Shown in pieces: positions 17,173 through 25,352 of a DNA stretch of 56,334 nucleotides (position 1 is its first letter; the number at the start of each line of letters is the position of its first letter). The DNA is from Polyangiaceae bacterium. GTDB lineage: Bacteria > Myxococcota_A > Polyangia > Nannocystales > Nannocystaceae. Below the pieces are notes generated by a model. That model had not been told where the DNA came from. It ran no database searches and was given only the letters and a program-made list of their open reading frames with translations. The stretch is taken from the NCBI GenBank assembly GCA_026989935.1, contig JALSIN010000305.1, positions 1 to 56,334 on the forward strand, given 5' to 3'. The position numbers were made by a program, and so were the translations under genes.

Positions 17173-19149
17173 ATGGTATCATCTCGCCGATGCCCGCCTT
17201 CGCGCCGGCACGCCGGCGAACCCCGCGAAGGGGGGGGCCGATCCCCGGCGGAGCGCATCGTGCCGCTCGCGGCTGCCCTGTGGCTGGCCGGCTGCGCGCA
17301 GGACGTCCGCCTGGTCGCCGTGCGTGGCTGCGGGATCGACCCGGGGCCCGATCGCTTGCGGGTGACCGTCCGGGGGGATTTTCCTGCGAATCCCGTCTTC
17401 GTCGAGGACGGGGATCGGTTGCCCGCGCTACCCGACGAGGCGCGTTTCTTGTCCGTCGAGGGGTTGTCGGGGGAGGATCCGGTGGCCGTCGGCAATTCGG
17501 GGCCCCTCGAACGCACCGGCGATGCGATCCCCGTGTACTACGCGCGCCCCGACGGATTGTGCGCAGTTCCCAGCGGCGTGCTCCCCCGGACCGGCGGTAC
17601 TACGGTCAGTACCGGCCGCGTCGCCGCATATGCCGGCGGTCGTGACGCGGAGGGATCGATGCTCGCGGACGTGGTCGTCGCGTTCGCGGACGAGGCCCGC
17701 GCTGCCGTGGTTGCGTCGTTGCCGATTCCCACGGTGGCGGGTTTTTCGGTGCCGGACGGGGCGGACGCCGCGTGGTTCGGCGGCGGGGTGGGACCGTCGG
17801 GCGTCGTCGCCAGCGCCGTTCGCGTCGATCTCTCGGACGGAGACGTGAGCGATCCGGTGCCGCTGTGGGACGGTGACCGTGTGCTGCGGATCGCCCACGC
17901 TGGCGTCGCGCCCGTGGGTGGTGGGCGCGTGGCGGTCGTGGGAGGGTGCTCGGAGGTTCTCGACGACATTTGCGATCCCAAGGCCCTCCACGGGACCACC
18001 CGGTTTTTCCGCGCGCAGGCCCAGGGGTTGGTCTGGTCGGTGGGACCACGGCTGCCCGAAGGCCGCGCCGATCCGCTCGTGGCGGTGTTCGAGGACGGGA
18101 CGTTGCTCGTGGCCGGCGGGATGGGGCCCGACGGTGCGCCGCGGCGCGACCTGTTCGTCGCGCCCGCGGGAGACTTCGTCCCCTTCGGACCCGCCCTCGA
18201 AGGGGGCCTGGCGCCGGATGAGACGCTCGTTGGGCTTGCCGCGCAAGCGCCCGCCAGCGCCGTCGTCGTGACGGACGCGGGGCGCTTCTTGTGGGTTGGT
18301 CGCGATTTCGTCGAACCGGTCACGGTGGCCGACGAGTTCCTGTCCACACCGCGGTCCGCCCGTCGCCCCGTGACCCTGCCCGGCGAACGCGTGCTCGTGG
18401 GAGACGTGATCGTGCCGTTTTCCATCGTCGGGGCGGACCTTGCGGTGGATCAGGGGGTGGGGGACGACCCTCGTTTCGTCGTGTACCCAACCCTGCGCAC
18501 ACCTGGCCCGCGTCGTTTCGACACCGATCCGGTACTGCTCGACGACGGGACCGTCGTGCTGTTCGGCGGCTTCGATGAAAACACCGAAGCCCTCGGCAGC
18601 GGCGCCTTCGTCCGGCGACTACGGCCTTCTTTGGACGGTCCGTTCGAGGCGGCCACCGCCCTGGGGGATCTGGCGGGGCGGATCGTGGCCCACGGTCCCG
18701 GGGTGCTCCTCGAACCGGGCGGGAGACTTCGTTTGCCGGCCGTCGCATCGGGGTCAGACCGGTTGTCTCGCGGGATCCACGTACGGGGAATCCGGGGAGC
18801 CAACCTCCGGCTCGAGGTCCGCGTGGCGTCGCTCCCACTGGACGGGATCCGCTTCGTCCATGCCCAAAGTCTCTGGACCGGGGTGGAGATCCGCGTGGGG
18901 CCCGGAGGAGCGCAGGCGCGGCGCGTCGGAAACGGGCCGGTGCCGACCTGCGGATCCGGGGCGGCGATCGAGGTCGGGGAGACGGTTCGCTTCGAGGTCC
19001 TCGACGCCTCCTACCGGATCCGCGTGGGCGACGCGGTACGGTACGAGTGCACCGTCGAGGAGCCCTTCGAGGGATTCGTGGGCGTGGGTGGGGCCGAAGA
19101 CGGCGAGGTCGTGCTCGAGGCGATCAAGGTGGCGAGGCTTCGTCCGTGA
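17173..19149 (+). CDS. lipoprotein with Kelch-like repeats
   Basis: Lipobox LAAALWLAGC-AQD. Recurrent GG-containing repeat strands (RVAVVGGCSE, LLVAGGMGPDG, VVLFGGFDENT). Composition is protein-like, unlike the antisense ORFs. The start is uncertain. Confidence 0.7.
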   Translation: MVSSRRCPPSRRHAGEPREGGGRSPAERIVPLAAALWLAGCAQDVRLVAVRGCGIDPGPDRLRVTVRGDFPANPVFVEDGDRLPALPDEARFLSVEGLSGEDPVAVGNSGPLERTGDAIPVYYARPDGLCAVPSGVLPRTGGTTVSTGRVAAYAGGRDAEGSMLADVVVAFADEARAAVVASLPIPTVAGFSVPDGADAAWFGGGVGPSGVVASAVRVDLSDGDVSDPVPLWDGDRVLRIAHAGVAPVGGGRVAVVGGCSEVLDDICDPKALHGTTRFFRAQAQGLVWSVGPRLPEGRADPLVAVFEDGTLLVAGGMGPDGAPRRDLFVAPAGDFVPFGPALEGGLAPDETLVGLAAQAPASAVVVTDAGRFLWVGRDFVEPVTVADEFLSTPRSARRPVTLPGERVLVGDVIVPFSIVGADLAVDQGVGDDPRFVVYPTLRTPGPRRFDTDPVLLDDGTVVLFGGFDENTEALGSGAFVRRLRPSLDGPFEAATALGDLAGRIVAHGPGVLLEPGGRLRLPAVASGSDRLSRGIHVRGIRGANLRLEVRVASLPLDGIRFVHAQSLWTGVEIRVGPGGAQARRVGNGPVPTCGSGAAIEVGETVRFEVLDASYRIRVGDAVRYECTVEEPFEGFVGVGGAEDGEVVLEAIKVARLRP

Positions 19150-21727
19150 GCGAGGCGGCGTCCCGCGCCTCACGGGCGGCGCGCTCGTGGTAGGCGACCT
19201 CGGCTTGCGGCGCCCCGCGCCGTCGCGCCGCTTCGGCGAGGCGCTCGTGAATCGCGGCCAGGGTGGCCGGGGGTTTGCGCGCACGCAGGGCCAGGCGCAG
19301 GGCGGCCTCCAGATCGGCGCGGGCGGCGTCGTGGTGGCCGAGGGCCGTCTCGGTACGGGCGAGGGACAGCCGCCAGGGGATCTCCGTGGCCTCGTCATAG
19401 CCGCGGGCACGGCGGAGGGCCAGCCCGCGGCGGTAGTACGATCGGGCCGTGGCCGGGTCGCCCCGACGGGCGGTGGCGGTGGCGAGGTTGTAGATCCACG
19501 TCGGGAGCATGGGCGCGTCGGGGCCGAGGGCGGATTCGGTGCGCGCAACCAACGCTTCGAGGGTGCGCGCCGCGTCGTCCGTACGGCCGGCGCGGGCGAG
19601 GGCGGTGGCGAGGTTGCCCGACAGCGACAGTGTGGTGGGATGGTCCGGTCCGAGCGCCTGGCTCGCGCGCGCCTGGGTCCGTTCGAGGGACGCGATCGCT
19701 TCTGCGTGGCGGCCCCGCGAACTGGCGACGACCGCAAGGGCCCCCTCGGACGCCAGTGTGGCCGGGTGCCGGGGGCCGAACCGTTTCGTGCGCAGGGCGA
19801 GCGCCCGTCGGTGGGCGGCTTCGGCTTCTTCGAGCCGTCCCGCCCGGGCGAGGACCGCGCCGAGGTTGTTCTCGAAGTCGGCGCGCACGCCGTCGCCGGC
19901 GTCCACGGCGTCGAGGAGCGTCCGGGTCTGGTCGGCCAGGTGCAGGGCCTCCTCGAAGCGCCCCTGGCTGCGGCCGAGGACGTACAGGAGCGCGGCGGCG
20001 GCGCGTGCCCGTGCCAGATCGTCCCCGCCGCGCTCGGCGGCGACCATCGCGCGGCGCAGGGACGCCTCGGCCTCACCCGGGCGCCCCAGCCGTTCGAGGG
20101 CGATGCCGAGGACCGTGCGCGCGCGGGCCTCGACCACGGGGACGGTCTCGGTCTCGGCGGCCTCCGCGGCTCCGCGGGCCAGGCGCGCCGCTTCGGCGTG
20201 GTCGCCGCTTCGCGACAGGACCCGGGCGCGCACCAGGTCACGCACGGTTTCGGCGAGCGCCCCGGTTTCGTCGGGCCCGATCCCGCCGCCCCGCGCCGTG
20301 CGGCACGACTCCGGTTGCACCAGGTCGGCGGCCACCGTGGAGACGTACGGGCGGGCCCGCGGCGGCATGGTCGCGTAGGCGTCGATGAGAGCGCGGGTCT
20401 CCAGGGTGGCGAGGGCGAGGCAGTCTGCCCCGGCCTGGTGGGGCTCCCCGAGGGCCTTTGCCACGCACTGGCCGTGGTAGCCGGCGGCGAGGGCTTCGAT
20501 GTGCTCGTCGAGGATCCGTCGCGTGACCCGATCCGAGCTCGCCGGCACGGCTTCGTCGAGGGCGCGGCGCAGTTCCACCGTAGCGGTTGCGGGGGCGCGG
20601 CAGGCGGCTGCCGGGGACGTGGCCTGGCTCGCCAAAAGGTACGCTGCGATCCCGCTGGCCGCGACGAGGGCCGAGGTCACCCCCGCGCGCCGACGGCGGA
20701 TCCTCGGGTCGCGCCGCAGGGCGGCCACGAGGGTTGCCATGTCCGGCCACCGGTCGCGCGGGTCGGGGCGCAGGCCGCGCTCGACGACGCGCCGCAGGTG
20801 GCGCGGGACGCCGCGGCCGTCCGGCGGCGGGCGGCGGCGGTCCTCGATGATCGCGAGGGCCCGCGAGAAGGCGTCATCGCCTTCGTGCGGAAAGGCGCCA
20901 AACAACGCCCAGTAGGCCGTCACGCAGAACGCGAACTGGTCCGAGGCGGCCGTGGCCGGCGCTCCCCGCAGTCTCTCGGGGGCCATGAACGCGGGGGTTC
21001 CGGCGAGGAACGCGCTCGTGGCCTGGGCACCGCGCGCCCCGCCAGCCGGTGGGCGCGTGTGGGATCGTGCGTGGGCAGCCAGGCCGAAGTCCGCCACCCG
21101 AACGCGCCCGTTGGTCCCGACGAGGACGTTGGCGGGTTTGAAGTCGCGGTGCACGATCCCGGCCGCGTGGGCGGCCGCGAGCCCGTCGCCAGCCTGCACG
21201 AGCAAGTCCACGACCTCCTCGATCGGACGGGGCCCGACCGCGAGATGCCCGGCCAGCGTCGTCCCATCGACGAATTCCATGGCGATGTACACCCGTCCTT
21301 CCACGGTGCCCACCTCGTGGACGGTGACCACGTTGGGATGGGAAAGTTTCGCGAGGGCGCGGGCCTCCTGGCGCAGACGCTCGGCTTCGGCGGCGGCGTC
21401 GTCCGACGAGACCGAGGGGGCCAGGATCTTGATCGCCACGGGGCGGTCGAGCTCGGGATCGATCGCCCGCAGGACCTGCCCCATGGCGCCTCGGCCGAGG
21501 ACGCCTTCGACCCGGAAGCGGCCGATGCTCGCCGGAAGCCCCCCCTCCGACCGCGGCGATCGGGGCGAACCGGCCGGCGGTTCCGTCCCCTCGCTCGGTG
21601 CTCCGAACAGCCGGGCATGGACGCGGGCGCGCGCGGCGTCCTCGTCGGCGGGCCGGGGCGGCGGTGCCGGCGCGGGCATGTCTTGGTCGGAGGACGGCGC
21701 CACGGCGTCCCATTCATCATGCCCCAT
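19124..21727 (-). CDS. transmembrane Ser/Thr protein kinase with a large TPR domain
   Basis: GRGAMGQVLRA, HRDFKPANVLV, DFGLA and GTPAFMAPE. TM helix VTSALVAASGIAAYLLA. About 450 aa of TPR_10/12-type repeats follow. I trimmed the start to ATG 21727 (MGHDEWD) because the longer ORF overlaps the upstream lipoprotein gene. Confidence 0.9.
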   Translation of the reverse strand: MGHDEWDAVAPSSDQDMPAPAPPPRPADEDAARARVHARLFGAPSEGTEPPAGSPRSPRSEGGLPASIGRFRVEGVLGRGAMGQVLRAIDPELDRPVAIKILAPSVSSDDAAAEAERLRQEARALAKLSHPNVVTVHEVGTVEGRVYIAMEFVDGTTLAGHLAVGPRPIEEVVDLLVQAGDGLAAAHAAGIVHRDFKPANVLVGTNGRVRVADFGLAAHARSHTRPPAGGARGAQATSAFLAGTPAFMAPERLRGAPATAASDQFAFCVTAYWALFGAFPHEGDDAFSRALAIIEDRRRPPPDGRGVPRHLRRVVERGLRPDPRDRWPDMATLVAALRRDPRIRRRRAGVTSALVAASGIAAYLLASQATSPAAACRAPATATVELRRALDEAVPASSDRVTRRILDEHIEALAAGYHGQCVAKALGEPHQAGADCLALATLETRALIDAYATMPPRARPYVSTVAADLVQPESCRTARGGGIGPDETGALAETVRDLVRARVLSRSGDHAEAARLARGAAEAAETETVPVVEARARTVLGIALERLGRPGEAEASLRRAMVAAERGGDDLARARAAAALLYVLGRSQGRFEEALHLADQTRTLLDAVDAGDGVRADFENNLGAVLARAGRLEEAEAAHRRALALRTKRFGPRHPATLASEGALAVVASSRGRHAEAIASLERTQARASQALGPDHPTTLSLSGNLATALARAGRTDDAARTLEALVARTESALGPDAPMLPTWIYNLATATARRGDPATARSYYRRGLALRRARGYDEATEIPWRLSLARTETALGHHDAARADLEAALRLALRARKPPATLAAIHERLAEAARRRGAPQAEVAYHERAAREARDAASLTDEASPP

Positions 21728-21782
21728 CGAGCCGGGGCGGGCACGGCGCGGTGCCCGGTCAATCGGTTTCCAGCAAGGGGGA

Positions 21783-22793
21783 TCAGCCGGGGGGCAGGAA
21801 CGAGGCGCAGGTGGACACGCCCGCGCCGGCGATGTGGATGCCGGTGTTCTGGTTGTAGGTGGAGAGCCCGCCGTCGTCGTTGCCGTCGAGGTCGAGCCGT
21901 GTGACCTTGCTCGTCCCCGAAAGCGGCGAGGTCTCCGTGAAAAAGTACACGTCGCCGCCCCAGAATGCGAAGGCGAACGCGTTCGTGATGTCGAGGGACA
22001 ACGACTGGCTGTCCTTTTCGGCGGCGGTGTCCTTGTCGAACTCCACGAGCTTCGCCGTGCCCGGTCCAACCGCGGCGAACCCGAACAGCCGCCCGTCGCC
22101 GGTGCCCGTGAGCTCCGCGACCGGGTAGGCGGTCGCGCCGATGACGTCGATGGCGTTCGCCACGTCGTCGTACTGGCCGAGTTCCGATCCTCCCGGTCCA
22201 AAGTTCGGGTACTCCAGGTACCGGTCGCTGTTGTAGACGAACAGCTCGTCGCAGCTGCTTTGCGGATCCGTGACGGCGTATCCCATGCCCAGGAGCCACC
22301 AGCTTTGGTTCTGGTTCACGTACGGGAGCTCTTCGCAGTTCGCCAGATCCCAAAGGGGCGCCTTGAACATCTTGCCCGTCCGCGTGGCCTGTTCGTAGTA
22401 GTTGAGCCAGGCGTATCCTTCGCGGTCGATGGCCATGGAATTGGCGGTAAAGCCCGGTGGCGCCGGGCACGAAAGGGCGCCCACCTGCGTAAAGGTGTTG
22501 GCCGGCGGATCGAAGAAGTAGACGGAAGGCGGGTTCGTGTTGAGCACGTAGATGCCGTCCATGACGTTCGTGCAGCCGCACTTGCCGTCGCCGGCCGTGT
22601 TGCCGCCGCTGGTCGCTCCGACGTCCAGAAACGGTCCGGTCGGGTTGCTCGTCCCCGCGTCACTCGATCCCACACCCCCCGCGGTCGCGGTGAGCCCCCC
22701 GCCGGTCGGTGGTCGCATGGTCTCGTTCCGGTCGGCGCACCCGACGGCGAGAAGGGGCAGCATCCACAGGGGCAAGGAACGACACGTACGCAT
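21783..22793 (-). CDS. lipoprotein of unknown function carrying the shared N-terminal module and C-terminal PPG ending
   Basis: Lipobox LPLLAVGC-ADR, G/S/T linker, PFLDVG, then GDGKCGC. It ends STCASFLPPG. It lies 55 nt upstream of the STK-TPR gene on the same strand. Confidence 0.8.
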   Translation of the reverse strand: MRTCRSLPLWMLPLLAVGCADRNETMRPPTGGGLTATAGGVGSSDAGTSNPTGPFLDVGATSGGNTAGDGKCGCTNVMDGIYVLNTNPPSVYFFDPPANTFTQVGALSCPAPPGFTANSMAIDREGYAWLNYYEQATRTGKMFKAPLWDLANCEELPYVNQNQSWWLLGMGYAVTDPQSSCDELFVYNSDRYLEYPNFGPGGSELGQYDDVANAIDVIGATAYPVAELTGTGDGRLFGFAAVGPGTAKLVEFDKDTAAEKDSQSLSLDITNAFAFAFWGGDVYFFTETSPLSGTSKVTRLDLDGNDDGGLSTYNQNTGIHIAGAGVSTCASFLPPG

Positions 22794-23059
22794 GAGGACA
22801 TGGTACGCCCGCGGCAGGCTGGAGGAAACGTCGATCGGCTGCGCCGATCACGATACGTACCCTTGCAAAGATGCGATGAGGCGCGAATCCGACAGTTGCG
22901 TCTTGCGGGTTGAAAACGCGGTTTGGGTGCGTCCCGGCCACGGGCGGTTCGCCAGGATGTACCGGCGCGGCGGGCGGTGGCGCGTCGCACCGGTGTGCCC
23001 TCCGGGCCCGTCCCCGGCGTTGCACGGCGCCGGCCGAGGCGGGATCCGGGCGGTGGCGT

Positions 23060-23725
23060 ATGATGAAACTCGTGACCGCGTCCGACGAGAGCCTGCTGGC
23101 CGCCTGGCGCGCCGGCGACACCCGCGCCGGGGAAGCCCTGTTCGCGCGGCACTTCTCTGCGGTGTACCGCTTCTTCGCCAACAAGGCCGGCGACGAGGCC
23201 GAAGACCTCGCGCAGCAGACCTTCGAGCGCTGCGTGGCGGCGTCGAGCGGCTTCGAGGGGCGCTCGACGTTTCGCACGTTCCTGTTCGGTGTGGCCCGCA
23301 ACGTACTGCGCGAGCACGTGCGCAGGCGGATGCGGCACCGGGCGCGATGGGACGACGGCGACATGCCGTCGGTGCACGACGCCGGGCTCTCGCCCGCACG
23401 GTTCGTGGTGGCAAAACGCGAGCAGCGGGTCTTGCTGGAAGCGCTGCGGCGCCTGCCCCTCGAGTACCAGATCGTGCTGGAACTGACCTTCTGGGAGCAC
23501 CTTACGGGCCGCGAACTGGCCGAGGTCCTCGGGGAGCCGGAGGGGACCGTCCGAGGGCGCCTGCGCCGGGCCCGGCGCCGTCTCGAGCGAGAACTGGCCG
23601 CCGTTGCGCAACACGAAGGGCTGCTTGCCTCGACGCGTACCGACCTCGACGGGTGGGCGGCCTCCCTGCGCGACCACCTCCGGCTGCGCCGGGCGCCTCC
23701 CGACCGCCGCGACGAACCGAGCTAG
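23060..23725 (+). CDS. ECF-type RNA polymerase sigma-70 family factor
   Basis: Region 2: AEDLAQQTFERC...FRTFLFGVARNVLREH. Region 4 HTH: LTGRELAEVLGEPEGTVRGRLRRARRRL. A ~40-aa C-terminal extension is present. The start is the ATG-ATG pair at 23060. Confidence 0.88.
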   Translation: MMKLVTASDESLLAAWRAGDTRAGEALFARHFSAVYRFFANKAGDEAEDLAQQTFERCVAASSGFEGRSTFRTFLFGVARNVLREHVRRRMRHRARWDDGDMPSVHDAGLSPARFVVAKREQRVLLEALRRLPLEYQIVLELTFWEHLTGRELAEVLGEPEGTVRGRLRRARRRLERELAAVAQHEGLLASTRTDLDGWAASLRDHLRLRRAPPDRRDEPS

Positions 23726-24210
23726 GTCGCGCGCGGGGCGTCGGGCGCTTCGCGGGTGCACGGCGTGGTCCCCGGATCCGGGGGGCAGGCGGCCAAGTGA
23801 TCGAGGCGCCAGCGCGCGGCGGGGCCGAGGGGGCGATCCCGGCGGACCACCCGGTGCATGGTGATGCGTAGCGGGGGCGGTCCGAAGGCCACCACGTCCA
23901 GCCGGACGAGCCGATCCTCGGCGAGGTCGCGGTTCACCATCCCGAGCGGGAGGTTTCCCCAGCCCAGGCCCGGCAGGAGAAGCTCGTGTTTCGTCCCCGC
24001 CTCCGCCACCCGCCAGGTGGTCGGGGACAGCACGGCCCGATCATCGTCGGGATCGTCCTTGCCTCGCCGGCCGATCACGAACTGGCACGCCGTCGCCAAC
24101 TCGTCGGTCTCCAGGGGGCGATCCGACGCGGCCAGCGGGTGGGTCGAGGCCACCACCGGGACGAGTTCGAGCTCGAAGGCGGGCAAGGCGCGAGCCATTG
24201 TCTCCGACAT
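23722..24210 (-). pseudogene. LysR-family regulator remnant: C-terminal substrate-binding half only, no HTH
   Basis: LLPGLGWGNLPLGMVNRDLAEDRLVRL...MHRVVRRDRPLGPAARWRLDHL matches the end of LysR effector domains. The ~130-150 N-terminal residues, including the wHTH, are absent, and that space is occupied by the divergent VWA gene. Confidence 0.6.
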
Positions 24211-24232
24211 GGGCGGCCGCTATCGTGGGATC

Positions 24233-25352
24233 ATGCGCATATCCAACCAAAACCGGCGGCGGTTGCGCCGGTGCATGCCCGGTGTTGCAGGATGTCTCGG
24301 ATTGGCTGTCATGTGTATTTTTTATCGGCTGTGCCGGCAACGACGAGCGTGGGGGCACGACCAACGCGGTCACCACCGTTGCCCCGACCTCGGGGGACTC
24401 GACCGCCTCGGTGGGAGACGGGACCGGGGCGACGACCGGATCGTCGGGGGCGGATTCGGGCCCGTTGTTCGACGTGGGGACGCCGGGGACCGGCGGAGGC
24501 GGGGGCGACGGCGGATCGAAGGGGTGCAAGAAGGTCGATTTCCTGTTCGTCATCGACAACTCCGGTTCCATGGGGGATGAGCAGGACTCGCTCGTCGCCA
24601 GCTTTCCCGGGTTCATCTCCACGATCCAACAGACCCTCATAGACGCCCAAGATTACCACGTGATGGTCGTGGACACCGATGCGGCGTGGGGCGGTGAGTG
24701 TGAACTTTTATGCCCACTTTGGAACAATACCTGTCCGGCGTTTCCACAGTACCCGTGCGGACAGGGGCCGCCGTCCGAGTGCGATCGTGCCCTCGGCGCC
24801 GGGGTGACCTATCCCATCGGCAACGACGCCTCGAACATGCTGTGCTCGTTCTCCACAGGCCGACGCTACATGGACAGTACGGAACCGGATCTTTCGGCCG
24901 CGTTTCAGTGTGCAGCGAAGGTCGGGACCGACGGCGACGGCGGCGAGCGTCCCATGTCGGCCATGGTCGCGGCGCTTTCGGAGGATCTGGCGCAGCCGGG
25001 GGGCTGCAACGAGGGCTTTTTGCGCGACGACGCGATCTTGGTGATCACGGTGATCACCGACGAGGAAGATGACGACTCCACGGGGAGCCCGGACGGATGG
25101 TTCGCCAACGTCGTGGCCGCCAAGGCCGGCAAGTCGGAGAACATCGTCGTCCTCGGACTCATCAACGATACCGATGCCCCCCAACCCGTCTGTGCGCCCG
25201 ACGTCCAGGATCCGGCGAAGGTGCGCTCGTTCATCGACATGTTTCCGAACAGCATCCGCGGAAGCGTGTGCGAGCCGTCGTACAACGCCTTCTTCCAGCA
25301 GGCCGTGGATCTCATCGATACGACCTGCGACGACTTCGTGCCGCCCGGTTGA
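24233..25352 (+). CDS. von Willebrand factor A (VWA) domain lipoprotein; the reading frame shifts at a T6 run inside the signal peptide
   Basis: VDFLFVIDNSGSMGDEQ is the MIDAS DxSxS motif. ATG 24233 encodes MRISNQNRRRLRRCMPGVAGCLGLAVMCIF, and after T6 (24318-24323) the main frame continues FFIGC-AGND (lipobox). The main ORF as given starts at TTG 24198 with no signal-like N-terminus. Confidence 0.8.

Noticed and set aside
17230-17237. A G8 homopolymer near the start of the Kelch-like lipoprotein gene. Losing one G would fuse an alternative ATG (17190, MPAFAPARRRTPRR...) to the lipobox frame.
   Set aside because: The ATG at 17173 already gives an uninterrupted ORF through the lipobox, so no frameshift needs to be invoked. 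It is noted only as a possible homopolymer error site.
21728-22201. N-terminal extension of the STK-TPR ORF (19124..22201).
   Set aside because: It overlaps the 3' part of the upstream lipoprotein gene in another frame and is Ser/Thr/Arg/Pro noise. ATG 21727 leaves a normal-length lead-in to the kinase glycine loop.
22794-23059. An ECF-type autoregulated promoter (TGAAAAC ... CGTC) upstream of the ECF sigma gene.
   Set aside because: The spacer between the candidate -35 and -10 elements is ~12-13 nt, which is too short for known ECF promoters. The match is probably chance.
25312-25352. The 41-nt convergent overlap of the ttcA and VWA genes, considered as a regulatory antisense arrangement.
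   Set aside because: The overlap is created by a non-conserved-looking Pro-rich tail on TtcA. That tail may simply reflect the absence of a stop codon in GC-rich sequence. There is no independent evidence of function.
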